A stretch of DNA of 63,025 nucleotides, the filler included, from Octopus bimaculoides (lineage: Eukaryota): assembly GCF_001194135.2 (NCBI RefSeq). It is 6 parts of 5 records of this genome, joined end to end, with 100 filler letters (N's around TTAATTAATTAA, not from the genome) between each part and the next. Parts side by side here need not be neighbours in the genome. Positions count along the whole stretch, not along the records: positions 1 to 20,017 come from NC_068988.1; 5 more parts are not named here. The stretch is one strand, 5' to 3'. A model generated the notes under the pieces. It saw nothing but the letters and a program-made list of their open reading frames with translations, did no database searches and was not told the DNA's origin. Of the stretch, positions 1 to 13,235 are shown one piece after another. The first letter of the stretch is position 1. The number at the start of each line of letters is the position of its first letter. Position numbers and translations under genes: made by a program.

Positions 1-170
1 ATATATATATATATATATATACATATATATAAACACACATATATAGATGTAGATATAGATATAAATATATAAATATATGCATAGAGATATATATGCATAT
101 ATGTTCGTAGTGTGTGTGTCTATGTGTGTTCGCGCGTGTGTGTGTGTGTGTGCGTGCACGTGCGCCACTT
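1..170. repeat. (TA)n / (TG)n microsatellite tract
   Basis: Direct dinucleotide runs. Confidence 0.9.
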
Positions 171-1887
171 GTGTATAATACACTACACACATAAAACACA
201 ATTTTATTTCAAAAATAACTCGGGTAATTGTAGAGTGTTCCAATTCACATATTCATTTATTTAGTTGCTATATGAATTATTATGAACAAGAAAGCCGGTA
301 TTCATGATCGAATATGCCAGTATAACTGAAAACATATCACGAATGAATATAGTATTCCGAAACGTTTTTCGTCTAATGCTTGTTACTCTTTTCTTCTCCA
401 ACGTATTTTATCGGTTATTTCATGTATCATCCTCCGTTGGTTTTTTTTATCAATGTGTTTGATAGTTTTCTTCATCATATATCATACCCAGTATAATCTC
501 TCACAGATTCTTATATTATCTCTTATACAAAACATAAATGTATTTATATCGAGATCAATTTCTCTTATATCATATTGAAGACGATCAACCTTTTATAGGC
601 TCAGTACGTTAATCTGCAATGATTGGTTGTCTTACCTATCATGTGAGTTTCGAACATTGCTTCAGTCCTGTGCTTTGACTGATTGAGTATTGCACAGGAT
701 GTGGATCGAAGACCCAATCACATTCTGTGTAATACATTCTCAAGCAACAAATCTGAAAGCACTCTGGAGCCTACTCGCTTCCTATAAATTGATGTAACAA
801 AATCATCTATGAGAAGGGTGAGCAATTTTCAACGGGGCACATGTAGCCAATGACCGTCCGATCTGTATTATCCAAAAGATGGCTGAACCATATAACCACC
901 AGAAATCGTGATGTTTTTTTTATATTTGGTCCACTGTACTGTTTAACGGAGGAATAAAGTCACGCTGTTATATTTGAAGTTCGTTTCTTGTATTTCTTGT
1001 ATTGTTTCCACGAGTGAACAGGCATCATATATTATGTAATGGTTTGCAAGATTCTGTAGTAAAACCAAAGGAGGCTTTATAGAACGCTGATTAATATTTA
1101 TTGCCAAATGTATATCAGCAGTTACTTCATTCAAATGTAATTACGGAAAGCATTGAAATAAGCTCATAAAAATTGCAAGGTCAGCAAATCCACAGTAATA
1201 ACACGATAATATTTTGTAAAGTACGTCGTAGCCTATTATATTTTCTTCGACAGACTTTCGTATTAATCACTTAATATCTTTAGAAGAATATCATTTAAAT
1301 TGCATTAATTATAGAGGCAATGTTACACATTAAGTTTGATAATGCGCTTAATTCAACGCCTAGTTTACTGTGATTTCTTTAACTTTACGATTCACTCGTG
1401 AAAGAGACAAAAACGCGTAGTCTCTTGATATTATTAAGGAGATAATTAAAACAAGACGAGAAATTGTTTGATGGCGAAGAATATAATATAAGAACAGGTT
1501 TGAGGCAATAAAATGAAATATAACTATACCTCCGAAAGTCAATGCCGCTCACACCTCAGAAAAACAGTTGTGGTCCTGATACCTAGAATGAACACTGTGA
1601 CACGTGTGATTTTTAACATACAGGAGATTGAGTGAGAAGCTTTCATTAAGTTTGGCTATTAAGTAAATACGTTGACATATTGAAAGTTGTTACATAATAT
1701 AACGATGTTAAGTTTATAAACGTGAAATTCCACCGGATCATATTTGTTTCATTTCTTGTTTTTTTTTTTTTTTTGGTTTTGTGTTTTTTTACAATAGTTT
1801 TACAGATGAAATACCACTACGCATATTGTCCGGCGTGCTAACGATTCTGCCGGTTCGTGGGGTTAAAGCTGAGTATATTTTTTAATT

Positions 1888-2255
1888 CTTTTACCTTTTT
1901 CAGTTATTTGACTCCGGCTATGTTGGAGCACCGCCTAAGAGTGTTTTTTTAGTCGACGAAATCGCCCCGGGACTTATTTGTGTAATCCTAGTATTTATTA
2001 CACCGTTCTCTTTAGCTGAACCGCAAGGTTACAGGGACGTAAACGGTTGTCAAGTGATGGGGGGGGGCGTCAAACATAAACACAAAGTCACACACACGCA
2101 TATATATTGGGCTTCTTTCAGTTTCCGTCTTCCAAATCCACTCAGAAAGACTTGGTCGGCCCGAGGCTCCAGTAGTAGACACTAGCTACGCAGTGGGACT
2201 GAACCCATAACGATGAGGTTGGGAATCAAGCTTTTTATCACACATCCATGCCTGT
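1888..2255 (-). mobile_element. SINE family A copy (diverged)
   Basis: Reverse complement matches head (GGGTTCAGTCCCACTGCGT), GGAAACTGAAAGAAGCCC and tail (GGCGGTGCTCCAACAT..) seen in other copies such as 13418-13804. Confidence 0.85.
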
Positions 2256-2522
2256 ACCTACAGCCTTGACCAAAACTATTAGGTTACACGAATATTTTGG
2301 GGTTCACCTATCTCAATGTTAATGAACCTCGTGCACATGATAGAGTATGGTATATTTCACAATATACATTTAATGTCTGGTTGATCCTTCTTTAACATCA
2401 ATTACCGCTTTTACATTATACTGTACATATGTAATCAATTATGAGTAAGACCAATGTCCAAAATTAACTTATGGTTCCTTGATTATTTCAGAGTTTTATG
2501 CTAAAATACCTTGTAGATACAG

Positions 2523-2990
2523 TTGATAAGCAGCAAAATGCTTAAAACAAGGGAGTTGAGTGAGTGTGATCGAGGTAAACTCGTAGCTCATCATAAAGGT
2601 GGAACGTCACACAGGCAATCTGCGCAGATGAAATGTACTCGATGTGCGGCGCAAACCACTCTCAAGCGCATCAGAGAGGCAAAAGATGTGAAGACAATAC
2701 AAAGAACAGGTATAAAAAAGGCTACATCACCTCGTGATGACAGATCCATAAACTGCCAGTCGCTCAGAATCAGGACAAAAGTATTGTCGGCGCTTTGTGC
2801 GAATTTCAACGAGGCAAGTACTTCACAAATATCAACCAGAACTTTTGACTACGGTGTCAAAGGCTTTAAAGCCATTGGTTTCTGAAGCGAATGTGGAAAA
2901 ACGCCTTCAGTGGGCCAAAAACCACTCTAATTGGACCAGTGACAATGGTCGAAAGTCATATGGGCTGATGAAAGTATCTATGAGGTAAGA
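2523..2990 (+). pseudogene. Tc1-family transposase relic (HTH region to first catalytic D), frameshifted and truncated
   Basis: RELSECDRGKLVAHHKGG..RTGIKKATSPRDDR; KPLVSEANVEKRLQWAKNHSNW; and in a shifted frame WSKVIWADES (2946-2975), typical of Tc1 transposases. No TIR pair identified. Confidence 0.85.
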
Positions 2991-4319
2991 TACTAAATGA
3001 ATTCAATCAACATATAAACTTATTGTAACAGGCTTGATGCCCAAATTATATTTTGAAAAAGAGTAGCCAACATAAAGCTAATATTATTTTTCATGTTTTT
3101 ACTCGAGTTTCGGTACATCTGGTGCAACTTTCGTGCACTCTCACATCATCTTGAAATAGAAGACCAGTCGAAAAACCACCGAAGCATGACAGATTAGCCC
3201 AGAAACAAAAAAGGCCTTTTGATTTCACAAACTATTCGAAATCGGATCATGTGGATGCTCCCTGCCAACCAACCGCCCACACTATTTCTAAAAATAGCAA
3301 CCATCCTTGCAAAGCACACATACAAGAATGGATATGAAGAAAAAATTTTGGTTATTCCCCTCAATTTTTTATTAAAAATTATGATTTCTGATGAACTTTT
3401 GACAAAGCAATACACGGTCTCTCTTGTTAAATACTATCTAGACATTCTTTCGGAATATATGCTTATAAAAAATAATATCTGATGAACCTATAAACAATTA
3501 TGAACTTATTTTACTTGCCTGTTTTGAACACTTTTATGTAAACTGTTTAAACACAAAATTTCTGTTAACTTCTTTTATCAGTGTCAAAGATTTTATCACT
3601 GTATTTTAATACATCTATATTAACTAATTTTTATCACCACAAAATCCGCACAAAGCCTCAGCCTTTACTTTAAAATTTTCTTTTCAAACCGGTCTAGTCA
3701 ATAAACATTTTTAAAAGACCTCTGCATTTGCAAACCCTCTTTCCTATATGTTCTCACTCGTGCGTTACCTTCCAATATAGCATAATGTTGTTGTTTTTTT
3801 TAATCGGGTGTTATTTCTTTTGTTTCCCTTAGCGTTTTGAAATCTCTTTTTCTTTTCTTACATTTTATCTCGTCATCTTTTAGTGAAGGAGGATAAACTT
3901 TCTCGACTAGTATGAAGTTAAGTTCATTAAGACGTAGTCTCTAAGTAATCCCATCAGACAATATTGTACATATACTTTTCTCTAAATTCAGTAAGGTAAT
4001 TATTTTAATGAGTTTCGGGTGGCTTGAGTTAAATAGTATGTATTGCTTCGAATATGTAGTTTTATAAGAGAAGTCGGTTTCAGTTTGATTACTAGCTATT
4101 TATTGTTTTTATTTTATTAAAATAACAAGAAACGGAAGTTTCTCTTTGTTCTTTACAATTGTAAATGGAATGTTAGCATTTATGCAATTGGGCAGTGTTT
4201 TACATTCGAATTGTTTACGAGTATCCAAAAGGATAAACTAGTCATTCAGATATCTGTTTCGGTTCTCTCTTATATACTGATAAAATGAGTATCTCTATTT
4301 TTGTTATGATACATGATAC

Positions 4320-4870
4320 GTAGTCAATTCCAATCACCCCATTACTAGATGTCCAAGAATTAAACCTGCTTTGGATCCCATCACAATTCTACATCTGACC
4401 GGTAGTAATCGGTATCAAACAATAAGTAAATTGTTCTGGAGGATAAATCTTCGTGCTTTAATTACAAATTCTTTGTTAATGCCCTCTGATAGTTCTTTTG
4501 GATGGTTTTCCAGCCTGAAATTCCTTCTATTGCATACATCGTAGTATCGTACACACTTACAATAAAAGATTGATATTGAAATATGTTTACTTCACCGAAT
4601 TCATACGAAGATAGACACATTCAGTTTACTTCCCATAAGCATGATCTCAGTGTTATGATTCCTATGAATGACACGAATAATCGATGTATCAAAGATTTAT
4701 AATATCGACACTCAGCGTTATCTATCCTATGAGTAATATGGAATCGGGTGAATTAACTTCAATGACTAGCAATCAATTATCTTATCAAATCCTGAAATGA
4801 AAATTTTGATATAACCTAGAACATATGGAGGTGAAATAAAATACCAGAATTCTTCGCATTATAAAAGCCA
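4320..4870 (-). pseudogene. Penelope-like element RT relic (degenerate)
   Basis: Minus-strand translation LENHPKELSEGINKEFVIKARRFILQNN..(shift)LFDTDYYR..IVMGSKAGLILGHLVMG resembles PLE RT 'NNYF.F...YY.Q..GTAMG...AP.YANL.MG'. The 4520-4870 extension is weaker. Confidence 0.6.
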
Positions 4871-5200
4871 ATCTAGACGATCGTGCTAATGAATATAACA
4901 CAATATAAGTGCTGCCGATGGCATTCATTCGAGACGTTGGTTAATATGAAACTTAGTTTTTGATCTAGACATGAGAGATGTTTTGCTGCTAGTATAAATG
5001 CATATGATACCCAGTTTCATTATTAAATAACTGTCTAATAGTACTTCTCAACTGGTATTTTAATGGTGACAACTGTGGTAAAAAAGCACAAGCTACACTC
5101 TCAAAGAAGTACCAATAACGAACCACAAAGAGATCGGGAAAAATAATTTACTTACATTATTTACATTTGACGGATATTTGTCCTCATCTTGTTTGTTGTT

Positions 5201-5247
5201 AACACAACTTTTCGACTGATATACCCTCTAGCCTTCATCAAGTGTCT
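5201..5247 (-). ncRNA. Degenerate hammerhead ribozyme motif (family D)
   Basis: AGACAC UUGAUGA A GGCUA..CAGUC GAAAA GUU GUGUU; core substitutions. Confidence 0.6.
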
Positions 5248-5304
5248 TTGGAAAATTTCGAACCTGGGTTCTCATTCCTAAGGTACTTTTCGATGTTGTT
5301 GTTG

Positions 5305-5346
<42 letters not shown>

Positions 5347-5395
5347 ACATCGAAAAATACCTTAGAAACGAGAACCCAGGTTAGAAATTTCCCCA

Positions 5396-5442
5396 ATACA
5401 CCTGATGAAGGCTGGACGGTATATCGGCCGAAACCCTGTGTT
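5396..5442 (+). ncRNA. Hammerhead ribozyme motif (family D), cleavage triplet mutated
   Basis: AUACAC CUGAUGA A GGCUG gacgguauau CGGCC GAAAC CCU GUGUU. Confidence 0.7.
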
Positions 5443-7506
5443 AACAACAAACAAGATGAGGACTAATATCCGTCAAATGTAAATAATGTAAATAATGTAC
5501 ATAATTCATCATCTCTTAAATATAGACCAGTAGTTTACTTGTAGAAACTTCACATATTGGTTAAATATTGCTCGAAGTCGTTTGACTAATGTTCCTTCAA
5601 CAGAGCATCTAGAACAGGATCTACGTTTTATTACCAACACGATCGTCCCTGGTTATAGTGCAAAATTCATGATAAAGTTAACGCTTTACTGATTATTACG
5701 TATTTAGAAATTTGCTCTGAGTTGTTTATCGAGTACTTCTGCACAAAGACGCAATCTGTTATCTTAGATTTAAATTCCGACTGATATTTATTTCGAAAAT
5801 AGAATTATGTATTTCTAAAATGTATTTTCCCTCTGCATATTGAAGAAATATATTTATCATTATAAACAATGTTTCTTTTACGATGGATTTTGCTAAAGTT
5901 TGAGTGACAATACTTTAGCCTTCATATCACTAATAACCACTCTTTTTTGGACACATGGGTAAAATTTATATCTGTGAAAAAAAAAAATCTCTAGTAATTT
6001 TATATTCATTTCTCTACTTAAAAGAGTATGCATTTATTAATCCTGTAAAACTGTGGCCATTAAATGCTAATATGGTATTTGCATTTACCAAAATCTAAAC
6101 ACCATATAACGTTAAGAATATGAAATATCCTCATGCCTAATTTATTTCCTGACAATTACCGGTGTTCAGAAGAATTTTCCTAAACAGTTTCCGTAAAACC
6201 AAATGAATTGCACCACTTAGAATCATAGTAACGCATCTGGTGTAACGCAAGTGATATATAAATATAACAGGCATTTTATTAAACCTTATCGAGGCTGAGA
6301 ATCAATCATGTCATTTCATTGCATTTGATCTTATGGGTTTGAATATTAATGTCTATGTATATAAGGCACTTACAATGAAACCTACAAAATACTGATGTAT
6401 GTTAAACTCCTTTTGGAACAAAACACAAGAATTTCTACCAAATTGAAATGGTATAATACTTTATCCGAATAACATGTCACGTTCGACAACAAAAAAAAAA
6501 AACTTCGTGATCTATCGCTTTAATCTAGTTTAGCTAGGTAAAGATTCTTATATTGAATTTTTTCTACCTTGTGTAAAAGTAGTCCATATAATAAATATTA
6601 AAGCTTTGATGACAACGTAGGTTTTGGAATAATTAAGTATTTAGTGTCATATATAAAGAGGTTAGTGCCAATTCAAAAAAAAATTATGTTACATTTAACA
6701 GCTTGAAATTTAATATTTTAGCAATTTTATGATAGTTGATTATAATGAGATACTGACAGAATTGCAATACACTAAATCTTACAATCTATATGATTATAAC
6801 ATAGTGAACTCAATATAATATAAATTATCTGGAGAATTCCACAAAAATCTATCGTATATTTTTGGTTGCAAACACAAATAATAATACGTACATCAAATAC
6901 GCGTAACTTGTTCAAAGTTTAATAGAAAAAGAATATCGATAACCGAAAATAAATGAGGACGGGAAATGGGTGTAGTCATTTTGAAAATACCTGAAAGAAT
7001 TATGTTTATCTTATCACTCTAGAGGTAAGAATATATTTGACAGCTAGATACAAACAGCTGCAAAACTATACTTCAATGCACTAAGTTCTTTTTTATTTGT
7101 CATTTGAAGAAATTTTATGATGTGAAAGAAATCTATATTGAAATATATTACAGAGATGTGAATGTAGTTTCCTATCTTCTGGCAAAGTTCCTATTTTATA
7201 TGCATTCAAACATCCGGTGCAGATAATTCTAATGCTGCAGTAATCCATACAAGTTGGATGAATAGAATATGTCACACTTATGCTATACAAAAAAATTATA
7301 CCGACGGCAGATATATGATATATGGCAAATTTTCTATGATGTACGCATTCATGCATCCGGTTGAGATAAGCAAAACGTTGGAAGAGTACATAGTTTTATT
7401 AATCGATTATGTCACCCCCGTTGGCTATAAAGCAATAAGAAAACGATGAAAAATTATATATGATATATACGTGTGCGCCTGAATGATAGCATATACAAGT
7501 GTAGAG

Positions 7507-7556
<50 letters not shown>

Positions 7557-7897
7557 GTGTGGGCGGAAGCATATGTGAATCGTATTAAAATTAAGCAATA
7601 ATATAGTTCCATTTTTATCAGGCTTATTCATATTTTCCAATATGTAAGAACATATCAATGTTTCTTGACTTCAATACTATTTAAAGTTGACACTTCTTTT
7701 TTTCTTTTTTTTTTTCTTTTTTTTTACCAAGGTCTAATCTAATTTTTCTCACTTTAGTAAATGTAATATTAGAAAGAGTCCGACTTTTGAAATGGGAGCT
7801 CATAGATGTACTTGTAGGTCTTATTGGAAACTCCTACAGCTTAACGGAGCTACTTCTGGTATTTATCTATCTTTCTATCTATCTATCTATCTATACA

Positions 7898-7931
<34 letters not shown>

Positions 7932-8685
7932 CACTCATACATACATAGTTCCTTACGTGTTTTGTTATATTATTCAGGTTCTGACACCAATGTTACTGGT
8001 GATGAAAGAGAGATCAGAGAGAGGAAATACTATATTGGAGGCTTTGTATGCCTTTTTTGTTCCAGTTTGAGCCATGATTTAAATGATAATCTTCGAGTTA
8101 CATTGCAACGGTTTACCTTGAAAATATAAATTTTATCTTGCAACAAGTTTAGTGCATGATAATAATGCATGACAAAATTTGATGTTTACATGCGTGATTA
8201 AAATTCCTCATATGATATACATATTTTTAGTTAGAAAATATAGACATCAAGCTCCATAAAAATAGAACGTTATTTAAATGTGCATGTCTAGTTAACTTTA
8301 AGTGGCATAATGGCATGTTCAACAATGTGGGTGACAATTATATTAAGTACAAAATACAGAGACAGCATATATTGGAACGCTATCATTAGTAAAATTTCTC
8401 TTTCAAATATCTTACACGACTTCAAATGCCTTAAGAGAAAAGCAATTCGCGATGATTTCATATTTTCACGATTACATTTGGTGAAGTTTGTTATTTTGAA
8501 GTATTTAACTGTTACTTAAGTATTTAACTGTTAGTAAAGGTAATTGAATTACATCCGACTATATATGAACATATATACATATACATACACCCACAAGTTT
8601 GCCTTCGAGACGGAAACAACGAAACATGATCTTTCAATTAAATGTATACCTATACTAATGAAAATGATGCACCTTAAACTATTAT

Positions 8686-8890
8686 TTTTCTACTCTAGGC
8701 ATAAGGCCCGAAATTTTGCGGGAGGGAGCTAGTCGATTAGATTAACCCTAGTACGCAACTGGTACTTAATTTATCGACCCCGAAAGGATGAAAAGCAAAT
8801 TCGACCTCGGCGGAATTTGAACTCAGAACGTTAAGACAAACGAAATACCGCTAAGCATTTCGCCCTACAGTTTCTGCCTGCTCTCCGCCT
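8686..8890 (-). mobile_element. SINE family B full-length copy with 17-bp TSD
   Basis: tRNA-like head with B-box (GAGTTCAAATTCC), core CATCCTTTCGGGGTCGATAAATTAAGTACCAG; TGCACCTTAAACTATTA at 8668-8684 and 8891-8907. Confidence 0.92.
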
Positions 8891-11279
8891 TGCACCTTAA
8901 ACTATTAACAGTGAACAAAAGCTCCTTCATCCGTCCACTTAGTTTAGATCCCCTTTCTTTAGCAAAAAAATGAATGGGGATAATTCAAAAGGACTCGAAG
9001 AATGTATATACGTATGAATTCAAAACTTGAGATACCCCCACCACTAATTAACACCTGGCCCTTTTTTGAAGTTGAATTGTATAATATATGGAACCATAAA
9101 TCTCAGTAAATTTCCCTTCCGTCACAAGCATCACCAGAGGAAACACTGAGGCAGTTCCTTGAGAATGTGAGGGTAGCACCGGAATTTTTTGTACCAGCAG
9201 ATAAGACCGGTAACTAATACCGGGTTCGTATAGATTCCTATTATAACTTAACTGTGAGAGAATTATGTAGAACTTTTATGAACACACATTCCGCACTTAC
9301 AAAATTGAAAATTGGCCTACACACAGTGACTAAACTAGGATTAGATGATAGGACCGAGCCATATAACCCACCTTCCACAAAAAATATCTTATTAACGCTA
9401 AAGATCACATGTTTAATTTTGAAAGTAAATCAACTGTGTAACTAATATGCTCATGTAAATTTGAAAAGGTAGGGTTAGGAAGAAAATTGTGAGCAAGGTG
9501 CTACTTGTTCTCCACTCTAAAATAAAACTTGCATTACGTTCAGATACACTAGAATATAAATAACGTATGATATTCATACAGTTTGATATATCATGCTGTT
9601 ATCCTTCTATAATTCAATAGTGTTAAATAAGGCCTTGATATTTGGCATGAAAATAAAATCTACTTTATCAAGCTGAGATGCTGCACGTAAAATTTTAATG
9701 GTGTATGGAAGAAAATCTCGACCCGTAGTGATATAACGTATACATTTGACATACCAACGGTGCCTAGTAACTCAGTACATGTAACAGATCGCTTCCAAAT
9801 GGAGTTCTGGCCTCCGAAGTTGAAGCCGAGAAGACGCTCTCTTTAATATAGATGTAGCGCATGGGAAACTAGAAAGACAGGAAAAAACTATATTCTTTAA
9901 ATAATTTCGGTATCCATAACAGTATAAAAAATTACAGATTAGCTAATTTGCTTGACGTATCATTAGACTGATTTACATATCAAAAAGCAAATGGAGACCT
10001 ACAGCGTCATCAGAGACTCAAATCATGCAATTTCAGTTATTGATGAAATAGCACCGTGTACCATAGAATATCGAGACTTGCAACGAATGAAAGATTTTCT
10101 AATACATATACAAGATTACTACAACGTAACTAGGGCGTGTATTAATTATAAAAAAAAACAGGTATATTTCAAGTGACGGAGTAAAAGTACTTCTTGCAAG
10201 CATTTATATAGAAACAAAAAATAATAGGAATTTTGATTACAAGTTTCTCAGACTGGAAAGTAAGGATGGAAACCGGGAAATAAATAGGCTTTTTTTGTAC
10301 AGGCATTTTCTTTAATAGACCTTCGAAACATTCCTTTTCGAGTAGGATACCTTTCCTCAAAATACGATACGTTGTGGGAAATTTTCTAACTAGAACCCTC
10401 CCTTCTGGAGTATTTCGCCCGTTGTTGAAATTCTAATCTTATTAGAGACTACAAAGTCCATCACTTCCTTATTCTCCTTTAAAAAGACTGTGTAGTTGAG
10501 ACGTTCATCCATGAGATGTTGCTCTAATGGTTCCGTCTCTTGTAGTTGATGTTGTTTTCATCTTGGTTATATTTGCTTTTGATTTTGTTGCTCGTCCTGT
10601 TGAGTCTCACACTGTTGTTGGGAATGTTGTTTCTATTTCTGTTCTCGTTGAGACGTCTCTTGTTATTGTTCTTGGAGTTGTTGTTGTTGTTTTGGTTTAT
10701 GTAACATTTGGCATATTGATTTTGTTTCGGGATTGAACTCACCATTTGATACCAACAATTTTGGAGATTTCCTTTAGGGAATTCAATCAAGAGTTTCATC
10801 TCCTGCCACCACCACTTCTTCATTCGGAGGATCGCTCGACTTTAGCCCTCTGGTGCTGTTGTCTCGTCCAAGGCCGCTTCTATATTCGTGGAGTCAGAGG
10901 CTTGCGTTCGCTTTGTTTCCAATCTTCTACAACGTTGCTTGTTGTAGCGCTTTCCGTTGAGTTCTTTGTGATTACAACAAATTTTATGTGGGAACAACGG
11001 TGGAAAGTGAGACACCGCTCCAGACACCTCCACAGTGAGACAAAGCTTTTAAGTGGTCACTGTTGGTATATATATATATAGAAACTGCGTTTTGTACCCT
11101 CCATAACCACCCGCATCTGCTCGCACTATTCTCCGAAACAATAAAAAAAAAAGGGTGAGATGTCATATAAGTCTTTCGAAACAACCAAAAGCTGGAACGC
11201 CATAGATGTTCCGTTTCTGTCTTGTTGGAGGCTTCATTTCATACATATTATCTCCCCGTGCTCCTCTAGTTTGACCATT

Positions 11280-11436
11280 AATCTAGCATGGACTTTATGT
11301 GAGTTATGTAAAAAGCAAGGATTTGGCCATACTGATAACTGGTATGATCATAAAGGTACTAATTGCTAGAAAGTTAGAAATATAGGATGTGAAGTTTTAA
11401 GGTTCAGACTGATAGAGTAATATAGCAGGCCTGATT

Positions 11437-11510
<74 letters not shown>

Positions 11511-11765
11511 TACAAAAGGAATTAGAGTCCCAAATGATGAGGAAGTGAATATGAGAGGTATAAAGAAAAGAGCAAACAACCAAGACCTAGCTATTGAGTT
11601 ACAGGAGTTATGGAAAATGCAGATAAAATGTATCCTCGTAGTTATAGGTGCATAAGGAAATAATACTAAAGATTTGAACAGACGGATAGAGTGCAGCTCC
11701 AGAAACCATATTAAAAGAGAGAACTAAGGTACTTAAAAAGGTCCTTAGCCTCTAATGTTACCTGC
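11280..11765 (+). pseudogene. R4/Dong-type RLE non-LTR retrotransposon 3' relic with (GTA)n expansion
   Basis: LCKKQGFGHTDNWYDH, GCCTGATTTA(GTA)n, AIELQELWK; similar to 35160-35667. Confidence 0.75.
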
Positions 11766-11835
11766 AGTCCGATGTTAAGCATTTTTTCCAATAGTCTAAA
11801 CGTTTGTGCGTACATGAAATAATAATAATCATAGC

Positions 11836-12030
11836 CCTTCTACGGTAGGCACAAGGCCTGTAATTTGTGGAAGGGGACTAGTCGATTACACTACCCCAGT
11901 GTTTCACTGGTACTTAATTTATCGACCCCGAAACGATGAAAGGTGAAGTCAACCTCGGCAGAATTTGAACTGATAACATAGCAACGAGCGAAATACCGCT
12001 AATTATTTCGTTCAGCGTGTTATTGATTCT
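11836..12030 (-). mobile_element. SINE family B copy
   Basis: Matches 8686-8890. Confidence 0.85.
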
Positions 12031-12240
12031 TTTCTACTCTAGGCACAAGGCCCGAAATTTTGGAGGAAGGTGCCACTCTATTAGATCGACTCCAGTAAAC
12101 AACTGGCACTTAATTAATCGACCCCGAAAGAGTGAAAGGCAGAGACGACCACGGCAGAATTTGAACTCAAAACGTAGCGAAGGGTGAAATACTGCTCAGT
12201 ATTTCGTCCGGCGTGCTATCGATTCTGCCATATCGCTGCG
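12031..12240 (-). mobile_element. SINE family B copy, adjacent to previous copy
   Basis: TTTCTACTCTAGGCACAAGGCCCGAAATTT..CCGGCGTGCT. Confidence 0.88.
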
Positions 12241-12242
12241 TT

Positions 12243-12243
12243 C

Positions 12244-12280
<37 letters not shown>

Positions 12281-12345
12281 TAATAATGATAATGATGATG
12301 ATGATGATGATGACGATGATGATGATGATGATGATAATAATAATA
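12243..12345. repeat. (AAT)n/(GAT)n microsatellite
   Basis: Direct repeats. Confidence 0.95.
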
Positions 12346-12901
12346 CGAGTAGTAGCAACATGCGTAATAATAAGGAAGAAAATTATTAACGCTAACAGCG
12401 ACTGTACTATCAAAAATGTTAAAAGACATAATTTCAGAAATAGATATACCTACGTACTTCACTCATTCTTTTTACACTCTAGAAAGATTTCCGGATTTTT
12501 GTTTGATTATTTCGTTGTGGATCATGCTTCATTTTTGACCTCTTAATCCCTATTCTCAATTCGGTGCATATTTACGAAAAGGCTATGATGTTCATTCAAA
12601 ATCAGCATTGACAGATGTTGATGTTGTTTGCAAATAGACGCAGCGAAAGAGAAAAATAAATAAGTGAGATATAAAAAGACAAAAACAAAAACGCTACGCC
12701 GGGAAATACTTCTAGATAACATAACACGCGCGGGCACACATACATACGCACACGCAGACGTACATATACACACGCACATATCTTCACACGTATATATGTC
12801 TATTAGAATCGAATGTAACACATGTCTTCTGTAGTATCCTCTACTATCAATTTTGCTCAGATGATTTCCTTAGACCATTTATGCGTAACATGGGAAAATT
12901 A

Positions 12902-13067
12902 TACAGTTCTATATTTAAGAGATGAAGAATTATGTACACTATTTACATTATTTACATTTGACGGATATTTGTCCTCATCTTGTTTGTTGTTAACACGTTT
13001 CGGCTGATATACCCTCCAGCCTCCATAAGGTGTCTTCGGGGAAATTTCGAACATGGATTCTCATTCC
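12902..13067 (-). mobile_element. Family D inverted tail arm
   Basis: Reverse complement of 13245-13372 plus further 3' sequence; degenerate hammerhead at 12992-13035. Confidence 0.9.
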
Positions 13068-13161
13068 AGTCATATGGCGTAGTGGTTAAGAGCGCGGGCT
13101 ACTAACCCCAAGATTCCGAGTTCGATTCCAGGCAGTGACCGGAATAATAATAATAATAATA

Positions 13162-13200
<39 letters not shown>

Positions 13201-13202
13201 AG

Positions 13203-13235
<33 letters not shown>

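Larger units (their letters stand above)
5151..5526. mobile_element. Family D inverted pair (two hammerhead-bearing tails, head-to-head around (ATT)n)
   Basis: 5151-5296 is the approximate reverse complement of 5345-5490; same sequence as 12902-13372 and 58851-59143. Confidence 0.9.

Noticed and set aside
345-366. GAATA-tag-TATTC C GAAAC GTT partial hammerhead
   Set aside because: CUGANGA half is absent
3219-3482. ORF with ANQPPTLF..KNGYEEKI vaguely like a PLE thumb
   Set aside because: Similarity too weak to call by eye
13071-13141. tRNA gene (also heads at 27483, 28735-28803, 41500-41568, 59067-59143)
   Set aside because: A/B boxes are present but the acceptor stem does not pair and each is fused to a repeat body: SINE heads
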